A DNA stretch of 64,000 nt from Eledone cirrhosa (lineage: Eukaryota), in the NCBI GenBank assembly GCA_964016885.1, contig OZ024741.1:97278001-97342000 (forward strand), in the 5' to 3' direction. A program made the position numbers and the translations under genes. Positions 14,517 through 29,180 of this stretch are shown one piece after another. The notes under the pieces were generated by a model that ran no database searches, was not told the origin of the DNA, and was given only the letters and a program-made list of their open reading frames with translations. How positions within the stretch are numbered: position 1 is the stretch's first letter; the number at the start of each line of letters is the position of its first letter.

Positions 14517-15878
14517 GGAGATTTCTGCCTTTGAATATGGACGATAGTGATGATAAACATCGTCAAGGTATCCTTCACGACTGCGTTACATGTCTTGCAT
14601 ATTTTAGAAGCTCACTTGTTCATCCCAACGTCGATGATGCTGTTATATGTTGATTACTGCATTAGAACCGGGTAAATGACGTAGCTACTTTTCAAAAATT
14701 GCTATATAATATATATGCATATACTGCTTCATTTTCAGGTTTGCTCTGTTTGGTGTCGAGTTAAATAATAAAAAATTAAGATTTGGTTAGTTTAGTTTGA
14801 TATGTTTCTTTCAAGAAAATCAGTAATGATTAGGAACAGATTGGCATAAATATAAAACCAGCTAAAAATGTGTTGCATAGAAAATTCCTTATTCTTATTA
14901 ATATAATGTTAATCTATTGATCTATTCAAATGGAATGAACGACATTCTAACTTACTTAACTTAGTAACATTATATAACTGACTCAGAAAAATAATACTTA
15001 TTAACTATCTTAGTCTTAGAGTAGTTAGAGACCTCACATAGAGAAACTCGCTATGCGGTGAAGTATCCACTGTCAGATTAGATAAACATGTGCTAACGTA
15101 TCTTCCTCACATTGAATAAATTGCGATCGATAATATGAAAATCTCTCAATATAGAATTAACCCTCTGTCACTGTAGGATAGCAACTCAGCAATTGATTAG
15201 AAAGTTGGTATTGAGGTGAAACTGTCAGCCAATATATTCTTACTGTTATATAAGATTTTTTTTCAGAATCCGATACAAATTAATGATGTCGGGAAAATAG
15301 TTTTATAGGAAAATGTGCTTATCACGTCATCAGTCGATATACATTGATTAGAAATATCGATTACTATATTTAGAAATGTACAGAGAGATTAGGTAAAAGA
15401 AATATTTCATATTCTTTTGTTCAATATAATAGGAGAGAAACGCTATGTATATGTGTTCCATAGACGACGTCAAATATAATGAAAAAAGACATTCAATGTT
15501 AGATGTTAAAAATGGAAACGACAACAAACTGATGAAAACTGTGATTATATAAGGAGCTACAAATATTTGATTGTGTTATACATTTCCTTCTCTGTTAAAA
15601 GAACGCTGTGTAGCTGTCTGCTGCACACTGATTTAAGTAAAGCAATCTACGTCAATACCGTACACTGGACTGATAGGATTAATAAATGCTGATGTAAGCT
15701 AGTGCTAGATATGGGATGTTACTGATATATATATGGTAGTTGAGAGGAATGGGAAATCTTTTGATATCACGAAGAAGAACTGACATATCTGTCAGATTAA
15801 CTTAACGCTCATGTTGGTACAATAGTCAATGCTGATAAATATTTTTTATATAGTTAAACCACAAACCTACCCCACCAA

Positions 15879-16022
<144 letters not shown>

Positions 16023-16575
16023 CGTAAGTATGCGTAAGTATGCAGTTAATGTAGGTATATATGTATGATTGTATATTTGGTACAGATAACATGTACTTGT
16101 ATTTAAGAATAAAAAGTCAAGGAGAGACAGATTATGGGAAAAAAAATTGTATAGAGGGAGATAAATATTGAGAGAGAAAAAGACGAGAAAACCAGAAAGA
16201 AATGTTACATAAAGAACGGTATCTTCCGGATATACTCTAATACTTGGCAACTAGTTTCTTTTTACCGATACTGTAGTTACTCAATACGATTGAACTTATC
16301 AAAACTGCCACAATACATTTTGATGCCAAGTATTTTTTCTTAAGGATAAATATCATTTTCACACAGAATAAGTTTGTGTTATGTCAGCAAATATATAACT
16401 TTGATGATAAGACGATTTCATCACCACTTTTACAACAGTTATTATGTAAGCGTAGAAAATATGTCAGTATAAGAAATCTGTATAGTAAGCGCAAACATTT
16501 GCACACTTCCTTTGTTTTCTCATCATTATTTCTTGGTGAATGCTATACATCATCGAAACAGCCATTCGCACATCT

Positions 16576-16626
<51 letters not shown>

Positions 16627-16766
16627 TATATGATTCTTTAAGAAACAATGCAATGGTGCAATGTTTGCGCTAACTAAACAGATTTCTTATGCTGCTGTAA
16701 TTTCTACTGTGATACAGTAACTATAGTAAGAGCGGGGATGCATATATATATATATATATATGTATA

Positions 16767-16831
<65 letters not shown>

Positions 16832-16894
16832 CGATAGTCGATCGACTTTCGTCAATTTGAACCAAGGAAAAAATGTTTACAATTGCTATCTGTC

Positions 16895-17012
16895 GCAACT
16901 CCAGGTAGAAGGAGCAACGTGAAATAAAGTATCTCCCTCAACACCCGGGTCAGGAATCAAACTCACAACTTCACGAGTGCAAATCCAATTTTCTAACCAC
17001 TCAGCCACGCAC
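16895..17012 (-). mobile_element. tRNA-derived SINE, second family
   Basis: Reverse complement of 20786-20918 (GTGGCTGAGTG A-box, GAGTTYGATTCC B-box). Confidence 0.75.
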
Positions 17013-17073
17013 CTTCACTATATCTAACTATCTGTCTGCCTATACCTATATATATAAGGAGAAAACATTAAAA

Positions 17074-17104
<31 letters not shown>

Positions 17105-17524
17105 TATTCATTGAAAATATTAACTAAAATAGAACTTCATTGTGATCAAGTATATTTTATTATACATATTTCAGAGGTACTGAGCTAACTTAAACAGTAT
17201 GTACTCATCAGATAAAATAAGACGATGCATGACATACCCTGTCATAGTAGATGGTTAAGATCCAGTCATGGTAGTCAATGATTGGATCTTAACCATGTTA
17301 GGGTGTATCATGCATCATCTTATTTTATCTGATGAGGACGTACTATTGAAGTTAGTTCAGTACCTTTGAAATATGTATAATAAAATATACTTGATCACAA
17401 TGAAGTTCTATTTTTGTTAATATTTTGAATGAATATTAATAACTCCGGAATACCATTACTGTTGAGTGCTTCCAATCTATTGTAAAACTAATTCTTTGAT
17501 TTATTCATCGAAACTTGTTTAACC

Positions 17525-17528
<4 letters not shown>
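17105..17528 (+). mobile_element. Non-coding fold-back pLTR element with a hammerhead in each arm, in (TA)n
   Basis: About 17105-17270 is inverted to 17278-17435. Hammerhead tattttat CTGATGA...GAAATATGTATA ataaaata at 17321-17387. Unpaired tail carries TTGAGTGCT. Confidence 0.85.
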
Positions 17529-17581
<53 letters not shown>

Positions 17582-17605
17582 CGATATATATATATATATA
17601 TATAT

Positions 17606-19921
17606 ACATTTAACAAACGCACACAGTTGCCGTCGCAGGTCGATGAACAAACAGAAGCACAATTTAGTATAGCTAAATCCGAACTTAGAAATATTATAGA
17701 ACAGTATAGCAAGATGCATAATAGAATAGAGGCCCAGCAACTGGGAGAAAAATCTGCAAATGGCTTGCGTAAGCTCATGCAGCGCTCGTGTAATGGAGAG
17801 ATAGCATGTTTTCCAACAGACAAGTCTGGCAGAATGTCGGTTGACAGCCTGCCAAACTACATCCAGGCAATGCAACCCCACATCACTAACACAAGAGAGG
17901 TAACACCACAGGAGCATGAGGATAGAGAAAAATCCCTCAATGCCCATATGGTGATGTGGACGAATATAATGCAGCCCAACAAAAGGACTGCCAACAACTT
18001 CCAGGCCTGGAACAATGACGTGCCGGCGTTGTATGGGCTTCGAAAAGACCATAAAACGGGCTGGGACCCTGTCGCGGGACCACCAACACGGCCAGTCTGT
18101 GGGGCTAACATTGCTAGTAACTACAGACTGTCCTACTTCCTCTCCCTGGTCATACGCCCCATCATTGAGATGTCCCTAGAAGTTTGTGCATGCACGGAGG
18201 ACCTCCTCAGCAGAATCGGCGCGGGTAACCGATCTGGGGACCTAACAAACTGCATAATAGGTAGTATGGATGTTGTGTCCCTGTATCCATCTATTGACGT
18301 GGATTTTGCTGTGGAGAAATGCGTAGAAATGATAAGCGAGAGCAAGGTTGAGTTCCGTGGGATTGATACCAGTGAGCTGGGACTTCTACTTAAGCTTACC
18401 CATAGTAATAGTTACCTAGACACTTATGACCTTAGCAACCTGTGCCCTACAAGACCAGCAAGAGGCAGACCACCTACCATTACCTCAATGGCCAAGAAAA
18501 CCCACACAGATAGATGGAACGGGTGGACCAGAGCCATACGGACACCCGAAAACCACGATGAACTGAAGAAAATGATTGCACATGCGGTAGGGGCCAGCAT
18601 AAAATTAACCCTAAAGGAACATATGTTCAAATTTAATGGTAAAACATATGCCCAAGAGGAAGGAGCAGCCATTGGTGTTAGCATTGCAGGCGACATAGCT
18701 AACTTATTCATGGTATGGTGGGACAGTAGACTTAAACAAAAACTTAAATAACAATTAGAAGACAGCTTAACCCTGATAATGTACTCCCGCTACGTAGATG
18801 ATATAAACATCGTAGTTAAGACACCCCTACTAAAGAACAGTCAGGATCTAGAAAAAAATACAATGGAAAGCATCCAGCAGATAGCAAACTCCATCCACCA
18901 GAGCATTAGAGTTACTATAGACTACCCAAGTAGACACCCCAACCATCGATTACCTGTACTAGACACAGAGCTCTGGTTAGATACCATTAACAACCAAAAA
19001 CAAATCCTCCATTCCCATTATGCCAAACCCATGACTTCCAAACATCTGATCCACCGAAACTCGGCCATTTCGGACCATACCAAAATCAACATACTGATTG
19101 CGGATTTGGTACGGGTGATGAGAAATGTGTCCCGCATGTGCAACTCCGAAGAACTAGAGAGACACATACAACACTTCATCCACCGTATGCAGTTCTCTGG
19201 CTACAATCAGAGAGATAGAATCAGAGTGTATAAAGGAGCCAGAACCAAATGGGAAAAAATGGTAAATAATGACATAAATGGGACCTGCCCCTTGTATAGG
19301 AGCAACCTTTGGAATAGAATAGAAAGAACTAGGAACAAGGCCAATAGAATAAACTCATGGTATGATAGCAATAAATACCAGAGTGTAATGTTCATCAATA
19401 CAACCCCTAGAGGCGAACTAGCCTACAAATTTAGAAGGGCCCTAAATAAACATAAACTCAATATTAAGATAGTAGAAAGACCAGGTACCTCCGTAAAAAC
19501 ACTTATTAGCAAGACATACCCGTTCCAAAGACCCTCATGTATAGATAAGAAATGTATAACCTGTAAAATAAGCCCCCATATTAACTGTAAAACTAGAAAT
19601 GTAGTGTATAGCATAAGATGTACTGAAGGACAATGTAGAAACAAAAATATAGTGTACATAGGTGAGACAGCTCGTAGTATAGGGGAACGAATAAATGAAC
19701 ACTGGCGAGACCTCCAAGATAATAAAGAATCTTCTGTGCTCTACCAACATGCTAAGATAGAACACAGGGGTAGATTAGAGAACATAGAAATAAAAATAGA
19801 ATCCAGACACAGAAAAGATACAATGTTTAGGCAAATTACAGAGGCAGTAAGCATAAAAGAATTACAACCAAAATTAAATAGAAAATATGAGTGGAACAGC
19901 AACATCACAACTTACAATTAA
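17606..19921 (+). pseudogene. PLE RT-GIY-YIG polyprotein interrupted by one in-frame TAA (18749-18751)
   Basis: TDKSG, LYGLRKDHK, RPV, SMDVVSLYPSI, QEEGAAIG, YSRYVDD, CIDKKCITC linker, NVVY..C, YIGET.R...R..EH, E...I...QPKLN. ORFs 17576..18751 and 18779..19921 share one frame. Confidence 0.93.
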
Positions 19922-20051
19922 GGATAAAATGAAAACACACACAGGACAAAATGAAAACACACACACACATAGAACAAACAACTTACAATTAAGGACAAAA
20001 TGAAAACACACACAGGACAAAATGAAAACATACACACACATAGAACAAACA
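19910..20051 (+). repeat. Tandem duplication of a ~71-bp unit at the start of the PLE 3' UTR
   Basis: ACTTACAATTAAGGAYAAAATGAAAACAC...CATAGAACAAACA occurs twice; the sister copy at 49515-49562 has one shorter unit. Confidence 0.85.
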
Positions 20052-20221
20052 ACCAACCAACAATAAATAAATAAATAAATAAACAAATAGATAAATTAAC
20101 ACAAACACACACAGACACCCGGATGTGGCGCATGCGCAAACTGAGCACACAACACACACACAGAAACAAAATGGCGTAGGATAGAAGAAAGGAAAGGCAC
20201 AGAAACAAAGAAAGGAATCCC

Positions 20222-20267
20222 CAGTCACTGAAGAGGTCACAGAGTGTGTGACGAAAGGACTATGACT
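20222..20267 (+). ncRNA. Minimal hammerhead ribozyme in Neptune-like pLTR
   Basis: cagtca CTGAAGA g-gtcaca-gagtg-tgtgac GAAA ggacta tgact. Confidence 0.7.
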
Positions 20268-20483
20268 ATATATAAACAACTATCTGGTTGTGGAACCAAC
20301 CAACCATAAATTTATAGGTTTGAAAATTTGTAAATTTATAAATTTATAAATATATAATAAATTGAAGTGAAAGCAACTGGTGCGTGTGTTTCTTATTGGC
20401 AACATGACCCTCCCAAAGTATAACAATATTGGTTTCAACACACGTTTTCAGATAAAGAATCTTGCTAAACAAATTCAGAAACG

Positions 20484-20624
<141 letters not shown>

Positions 20625-20626
20625 CA

Positions 20627-20657
<31 letters not shown>

Positions 20658-20674
20658 GCATATATATATATGTA

Positions 20675-20708
<34 letters not shown>

Positions 20709-20746
20709 TATATATATATGTATGCATATATATATATATATATGTA

Positions 20747-20783
<37 letters not shown>

Positions 20784-20785
20784 AA

Positions 20786-20918
20786 GGCGTGTGGCTGAGT
20801 GTTTAGAGAATTGTATTCGCAATCGTAAGGTTGTGAGTTCGATTCCTAGACCAGGCGATGCGTTATGTCCTTGAGCAAGACACTTTATTTCACGTTGCTC
20901 CTTCTACCTGGAGTTGCC
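20786..20918 (+). mobile_element. tRNA-derived SINE, second family, with CORE-like body
   Basis: A-box GTGGCTGAGTG, B-box GAGTTCGATTCC, then TGTCCTTGAGCAAGACACTT. Confidence 0.8.
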
Positions 20919-21025
20919 ACCGATAGATAGTATTAGCAATTGGAAAGACCAACGGAAACATTGTTTCCTCGGTCCGATTTGACGAAAGTCGATCTAGAAA
21001 AATATATATATATTTATATATATAA

Positions 21026-21057
<32 letters not shown>

Positions 21058-21658
21058 ACTTACACCATACATGTAAATTGGTAACGTAGAAAATCATTAT
21101 TCAATATATCCCCCTGTTTTATACTTATCAAGGTATGTTTATTTCAAAATGTATGTATTTTATATGAACAAGATAATTCATCGCAGTCATATATAACAAA
21201 AACCCTGTTAACCGGAAAAAAAAAAAACATTAACAGGAATATTATATCTTACCTATCTTTTCGGTTACATATATTTACACATCGTAACATGTGAAATCAT
21301 AATTACCGCCTCCTGATGCACAATATATTATATGTAGAGTGTGAGGATTTTACATATTGAAGATGAAATATTTTCGGTATTAAAATATCTCTACTGCCCA
21401 TCTACATTCAGCAATACTCAGTGCTATAGTGAATATGATGAGCGCCAAAGATCCTATTTTAATGAAATCGGTTACCATGTATGCTAATTATATATAGCTT
21501 AACATTATTAAACCTACACAGTGTATATCCATACACATACACAATTACTTCCATATGTTAATCACTGGTTATAACACCTGATTGGATTAAGCTGTGAGAA
21601 TAAACCTTCCGGGAGCGTGCTGAAGAAGGCACTCGCTGATCAACAGATCAACTCATGT

Positions 21659-21848
21659 GGCATTGGATTGGCAGTATCGGTAGAGAGTCGGTCACCATGC
21701 TTTGACGCATAGAGTTACATCCCTTGGCAACCTGAGTTCAAATCCCGCCGAGGTTAATTTGCCTTTCATCCCTACGGGGTCGATAAAATAAGTACCAGTA
21801 ATGCACTGGAGGTTTGCTGGCCTTGTGCCAAAATCTAGAAACAATTAT
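21659..21848 (+). mobile_element. tRNA-derived SINE, main family
   Basis: TGGCAGTATCGGTAG A-box, GAGTTCAAATCC B-box, GCCTTTCATCC..CGGGGTCGATAAAATAAGTACCAG; several copies in the window. Confidence 0.88.
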
Positions 21849-21854
21849 CGGGAG

Positions 21855-21904
<50 letters not shown>

Positions 21905-21906
<2 letters not shown>

Positions 21907-22772
21907 ATCCTCTGGTGGTATCCAGCAGAAGCAAGGGGGACAACCGTCTATACATTTCAGGCTTGACCGGCCTTCGCACCGCTTGCGTCTGCTGGACTTG
22001 AAAGCAGTCGAGAATATATAGTTTTCTTGTCTGTGTAAATGAGGTATTAATCTCATCTGCACATGAAGCTGCATAGGTTGGCTCAACTCATAAGATTTAA
22101 AGAAATAAGATTTCGCTTCAAGCATAGCTTTATACAATATGTATAGAAATTTCGTATTTCTAAAGAAATACGGTTTTAGGAAGCCGTAGCATTTACACAG
22201 ACGAGAACACTATATATTCTCGACTGTTTTCAATTCCAGCAGTAGCAAGCGGTGGGTGGCAGCGTGCTGGCGAAGGTCAGTCAAGCCTGAAATGCATATA
22301 CTGTTGTCATCCTTGCTTCTGCTAGACACAACCAGAAGGGGTTTGCCCCGGTGTTTGCATAGCCACGGCTCCCTAAAACCGTATTTCGTTAGAAATACGA
22401 AGTTTCTATCCAAATTATATAGACCTATGCTTGAAGCGAAATATTATTTCTTTTCTATTATAAGTTGAGCCAACTTATGCAGCTTCATATGCAAATGAGA
22501 TTAATCACCTCATTTACACAGACGAGAAAACTATATATTCTCGCCTGTCTTGAAGTCCAGCAGTAGCAAGCGGTGGGAGAGAGCGTCCTGACGAGGGCCA
22601 GTCAAGCCTGATATGTATAGACGGTTGTCTCCCTTGCTTCTGCTGGACACCACCAGAAGGCGTTAGCCCCCCGGTGTTTGCACAGCTACGGCTTCATAAA
22701 ACCGTATATCTTTAGATATACGACATTACTATACATATTGTATCGAGCTATGTTTGAAGCGAAATCTTATTT
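21905..22772 (+). mobile_element. Inverted plus tandem array of ~310-bp hammerhead-bearing pLTR-like units in (TA)n
   Basis: 21905-22208 is antisense to the direct units 22210-22520 and 22530-22772. Hammerhead cores lie at about 22264-22305 and 22584-22624. Confidence 0.8.
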
Positions 22773-24350
22773 ATATATATATATATATATATATATGACG
22801 GCGTGTGTGTGTGCCCGTGTGCCGTGTGGGTATGTGTGTATATGTGGGTGCCTGTTTGTGAAGTTGAAATGAATTTGTACCAGTTTTAGTGGCTATAAAA
22901 GTAATCAACCACTATCGATAATAGTTGAGAAATTCAGGTAAATAACAAGTTTTAATTCCCCATTCAATGTAGATATATCAACGAATATAACTACACGCGT
23001 TTTGCTCCAAACGAAAAAACACTTTCCATTTAGACAAGATGTTCCGTTTAGCCACCCTTGCTGCGATATTATCGCTTGTAATATCGCATCAGAAACACAA
23101 CTAGCATCCGTCAATGTAATCCTACCTTTCAAAGACCATGGTCTGCACAGGCCCTATCACACTCCTAAAAGACTTTGAGAGGGATTATGCAGCCTAGCAG
23201 CTTATGAATTGAATGATAGATCTACGTAGGTTTTAGTGCAGGGAGATCTTTACCACTATGTTCTATTTCATTAGGGGGCCACGTGACCCAGAGAACAACA
23301 TCCCCAGCGTTAAATCGAGAATTCTTAATATGGCACAACAACTCTGTACTATCATGAGGACTGTCAAAACTTCTTCGAGGAGAGATTACATATAGTATAG
23401 CAACCTATTCTGTTCATCTTCTGGAAAACACCTGTGACCTTGTGAGAATCAATGGCCTTTTTAGCCGACATCAAACATCTAAGTGTTGATTGGATATCAA
23501 GTGGCGATAAACTACATAGCTAGTAAGAGAATAATAAACACTATTATTTAAGCGGCATATGGACTAAGTATCAGTGTTTTGCATTTTATTTGGATTCTTA
23601 GTCGTATCAGTCCTTTGAGGACTAAAGCAACTTCAACTAAAATATCTGACAATGCACGAATATAATTCAATCAAATGATGTGCGACAGAAATGCAAGCCC
23701 AAACACTTTTGGGAAAATAAAAGCCTTGCGTCAACAGTGTACATGAAAAGACGGTGCATTAACGGCTCTGTTGATCACATGTATTTGCTATACAGTGATA
23801 AGCCAATAAACACAAAACAGTGCTACACATTTTCTTTTAAATTAACGAAATGTTTTTTTAGAGAAGTCATGTTGAACATCCAGCTTCAGAGTCCACCCGT
23901 GTATTTAGTCAACCACGTGAGTCACTTGGGTGATTTAATTTATATCGCATATATATAATTTTTGAATTTAAAATTCAATTTTGGTTTAAAATATCAGCAC
24001 GACTTATCACTTAGACATTAATGAAGATGTTATTTAAAACCCTAAGCCAAGTTATCTTCCATGCATGTTGATTTATAATAATTTCTTATATTTTATGTAA
24101 CTAAAAGTGATTCTCAGCTTTAGAGAATGAAAAACATTCGGTATTGCATACACTCCAACTAGTAGGTACATATTTACGTAGATGATTTCATATTTAATTC
24201 AAATGTTAGACGTTCAAATATATTTCAGACAGAAGAAAAAACGAAACAGAATAATTTTAATAAATTCAATTACTCGATAGCACAATAGAGTTGACCGCAT
24301 CAATAAATGTGTTCACTACCAATTATATAGCATTATATTTCTAGAAATGC

Positions 24351-24540
24351 GGTGGTGGATTGGCAGTATCGGTAGAGAGTCGGACGCCATGCTTTCCAGC
24401 ATAGTTACGTCCCTTTACGGTCTGAGTTCAAATCCTGCCGATGTTTACTTTGCCTTTCATCCTTACGGGGTCGATAAAATAAAGTACCAGTAATGTACTG
24501 GGTAATTGCTGGCCTTGTGCAAATAGTAGAAACAATTATA
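24351..24540 (+). mobile_element. tRNA-derived SINE, main family
   Basis: Near-identical to 21659-21848. Confidence 0.88.
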
Positions 24541-24689
24541 TTTCTAGAAATGTTCAATTTATAATTTTTATAAATTAATTTGCGAAGACTAATGTTCATA
24601 TAGAGAAACTCAAAGATCCGCAAACACGAATGCATAGACACACACACCCACACACGCTCACACAGACACACACACACTTGCACACAATC

Positions 24690-24720
<31 letters not shown>

Positions 24721-25272
24721 AATACCGATACTCCGGCCAAATCCCAACTCACTCAACAAACATTAGGAAATAACTGAGTATATTTCTAATTAAACGTTCA
24801 GGCTGCTAACTAATTGTATTGTGTGGAAAATTGGCTGTATTATTTCATATGAGATATATCAAATATATCTCTTCCCAGACGGACGTCTCGTTTCATTATA
24901 AGATTCCTACAAGTTGGGTGAAATTATACCAATTTATGTAGAAGCGTGTATAAGATCAACTTATTCAAGTGGGCACTTATAATTCTTCAGTGGGTGCCCA
25001 ATAATATTAATATTGATAATCAAATCAACATCAATATTTAGCGAAAATCACCATCAGTACCTGAGGTATCTGCTAGGTTGCTAGCCCAGCAGTTCTAAAG
25101 AAATTCTCATACTGTCTCAAAAAAAGAGGAAGGGATTACCGCCAAAAAACAATACATGCGCAGGACAATGAATTCTAAAAGGAATTCAAGCCACGTGCTA
25201 GAACTCAATTGGAATTTGAAAAAATATCCATATGTGTACATCGTTTGATGACACACATAGATATTTTCTCGG

Positions 25273-25310
<38 letters not shown>

Positions 25311-25345
25311 CATATATATATGTGTGTGTGTGCGTGTGTGTGTGG

Positions 25346-25433
<88 letters not shown>

Positions 25434-26053
25434 GTAAAGCATGTATGTATGTTTGTACATGTGTGTGTGTATCTAAATATAAAATAATATACACTTATTT
25501 GTGACAAACGCTTAAATCAATTTATGTGTGTACTGGCAGTTCGGTAAATCGTCAGATTATATTACTTGCGGAACTTGTTTGAGATGTGTGTTCCTACTGT
25601 GATTTATAACGCTTTCCATTATCGTGGTCCATCTATAAGTTATTAGCAGACTTTAGTGCATTGAGGTAATTTCGTTGATGGCGGAACATGAAGCGTTGTG
25701 CTACATATTTTATGAAACACTTAACGTCACTCGTTCCACTGCGATTTCAGTGGTGCTGGGATCTCTCGCCTCTTAATCTACTTTTAAAGAAAAGATACTG
25801 AAACCTTTGAGCAACGGCTGTTCTTCTTCATAAATATCACCTAGCTAGCTAAACGATTCAGAGGTAAATGTTCCAGGTCAATTCCATGGTTTCAGATGAC
25901 ATACGCATGCAGCATGGAAGAATACAAAGGCAGTCACAAAAGACACCACTATCTTGCATTTGCTTTAGGTCTACACACACATACATTATATATAAATAAC
26001 ATACACATAAACACACCCACGCACACACACATACACACACACACACCCACACA

Positions 26054-26091
<38 letters not shown>

Positions 26092-26680
26092 CACATACAC
26101 ACACACCTATACACGTATATAGCGTACTAATATTAAACAATAAACTACGCCTTAAAAAACACACATGCGCTGTAATAATCCATATAATTATATATTTATA
26201 TATATATATGAAAACACAAACAAACACATAAATATAATATAGATAAATTATCAATTACATTTATAATTAGACTAAACAAATATACATTACAAACATTAGT
26301 TGACACACTGAATAACAAATACACAAAATATATTAACATATTATTAACTTATTTGTAATTGACAAGATCTTATGCAAAATAAGGTCAGCCAACTTGGTAT
26401 TGCCTGAAAGAAAAGCAACACCAGGTGATATAAAATCTCTAAGACCCATGCTACCTTGGGTAGCATGCAATTGTTGTATAGTAATATACGTTAGCTGTGT
26501 ACGAAGGTGCTTAACAAATTTCGAGGAAAATGTATATAGCTAAAACTGATATGAAGGGATTTTGATGTCAATGAACCTGTACGTTCTTGTACGAAGGTAT
26601 CATAACATGTTCTAAGATAAACCCTTAAGTTTCAGCACTGTCACTCTGAATTCAGCACTCGCTAAAATAACATAGCCTCC

Positions 26681-26905
26681 ATGAAAATTGAAGCGAGGAC
26701 AAACATCACATTCACGGTGAAGCTAGGTTGGAAGAGCAGCCAAATCAGTGACGCTCTGGAGCAACTTTATTTGGACAATGTCCCAAAGAGATCAAGAACC
26801 TGCAAATGGATAAGTCGTTTGAGAAATGGAACAGATGAGGTTGAAAATGATCGCTTCAGTGGCAGGCCATCCACATCAATCTGTGTGGAAAATATCGTGA
26901 CCTAG
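26681..26905 (+). pseudogene. Mariner-type transposase N-terminal HTH fragment
   Basis: R.NI.F.VKLG.....I...L...Y..........W..R...G...VE.D..SGRPSTS. Confidence 0.8.
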
Positions 26906-27289
26906 TCTTCCATGTCAGACAGCTAGTGCAAACAAGTTAAATGTCTACAGTTTCATTGTAAAACTACATACCCTTTACTTTGTTTTTACTACAAAAGGCA
27001 AATATAAAGTTGAGATGAAATTAAATCAAATTTCAAGTAATACGCTTTCCAAAGCAAACTGAAACAAACATCCAAACATTTTTGGAATATTTCTAAAGTA
27101 CGCTAAGCTTCTACTACCTTAATCAAAATAATTTAATTTCAACGTCATGTGCCTTCCATCTGCAAACTAGACATAACCATAAATTCTCTTAGAATCTCCT
27201 TATTTGCACCAGGGCACCTACGAAAACACCGTATCAGAAAAGTCTCCTTGTACCCTGTCGTATCATATGTTTTAAGAGTGTATTCACTA

Positions 27290-27529
27290 CTAATGTACAA
27301 AAACAACATTCATCAGGCACCTTAACCTACCATGGCAAATAAGTTGACTAGAACACACGTTGATTCCTAACGGTATTGGCGTAGAGCAAGATGCAAAGGG
27401 TATCCAGACTTCCTTAAAGCTAAAGTCCTTAGTCTTATTATAAACATTTGGAACTGTCGTCTCAGCACCTATTTTGATAGTAACGTTTAAATATTTAACC
27501 TTGCTAAAGCCACATCCATTCCTATTCAA
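27290..27529 (-). pseudogene. Degenerate PLE RT thumb-region fragment
   Basis: YLNVTI...VYNKTKDFSF...PF...P......SQLI.HGR resembles the PLE FLD..I....YDKRDDF.F...FP..SSNIP...SQL.RY.R motif. Truncated by (TA)n. Confidence 0.6.
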
Positions 27530-27556
27530 TGTATATATATATACAAAGTGTTAAAA

Positions 27557-27620
<64 letters not shown>

Positions 27621-27625
<5 letters not shown>

Positions 27626-28790
27626 AAGTGTTAAAACGATCAAATTTTAGTTTAGAACATTTATTTGCTGACAATTGTTTCTTCCAGGATAATTAAAAAA
27701 TGTGTCTAACTCCCTCTACACAAGTTTAAAAGACAACAATTATATAACCAATAATGTTATATACACTATAAAGATTAATTTCATAACACTGCTACAATAA
27801 TAATAAAACAACCCTTGATTTATCAACAACCTTAATTACCTCCCTTTGTTATTAACCCTATTTACAACTTCCTGTCCAAACTCATAAAATTAAGCAACAT
27901 AACGGTTTACCAAAGCTTAATAACGGTGAATACAAACCCTAGAGAAGATAATTTGTACATAAAAAATGCATACGATAATATACCTACAATAACAACAAGG
28001 CCAGTAATTCGGTGGAATCTACATTTAACAAACAAACATCTGTTGACTATAAACGCCTCAAAATAATCCCATCGTTAATAGCTGTGAGTTACAAACAACA
28101 TATACACATACGTACGAACTACAACACATAAACACTTGAATGAAAATCACCTATCCAACTCTATCACGTGCTTTGCATTACACCTCACATAACAAATACC
28201 TACATTATCGCCACATGCCTTTCTAACAAATTGCCTGCTATCTTAGGCATTTCTAACAATTATAACATGCTTTAACACCCCACACAAAATATGTTTATTT
28301 CAACTGCATTATAACTCTTTCCTCATACATGCCTTAATGACTGTATTGACTCCTGAATAGTACACCACTCTTCCTTGCTTGTAACTTTTTTGCCTGTACT
28401 TTTTGCTTATACCTCTTACAGTTTCAACCAGTGCTGCCTGTAATTGTGTTCTCTCAAGCATGACATCTTTTTAACTCCTGACTCTCCACATGATGCCTTT
28501 GACACTAAAATCAATTATGTACACTAAATGTTCTGAAAGACTAGGATTTTAGTCACATGTTTCGACATTCCCTATGCTCCGATGAAACCAGATTTCCCTC
28601 TAGAAGAAACAATTGTCAGCAAATAAATCTCTATACTAACATTTGATCGTTTTAACACTTTGTATCGCGGCTCTGTAAAACACTTGATAATTTGCATTGA
28701 GCCTTTTGTCATACCAATAACCGGCTAGTACTTAGTACTACCCTACATAATTATAGTTGTATTAAACATATATAAATATGAATATCCTTA

Positions 28791-28793
<3 letters not shown>
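27621..28793 (+). mobile_element. PLE-type 3' fragment with short inverted arm, hammerhead and tail, in (TA)n
   Basis: 27621-27684 is inverted to 28603-28665. Hammerhead tgct CCGATGA...GAAAC AATT GTC agca at 28575-28621. Tail carries GTACTTAGTAC. Confidence 0.75.

Positions 28794-29180
<387 letters not shown>

Noticed and set aside
18749-18751. In-frame stop in the PLE ORF as possible recoding (selenocysteine or readthrough)
   Set aside because: The codon is TAA, not TGA; most simply a CAA-to-TAA mutation.
21611-21640. CTGAAGA inside a short stem
   Set aside because: No downstream GAAA or stem III; not a hammerhead.
21659-21745. tRNA-like A/B boxes
   Set aside because: They are SINE heads; there is no complete cloverleaf, so no tRNA gene is called.
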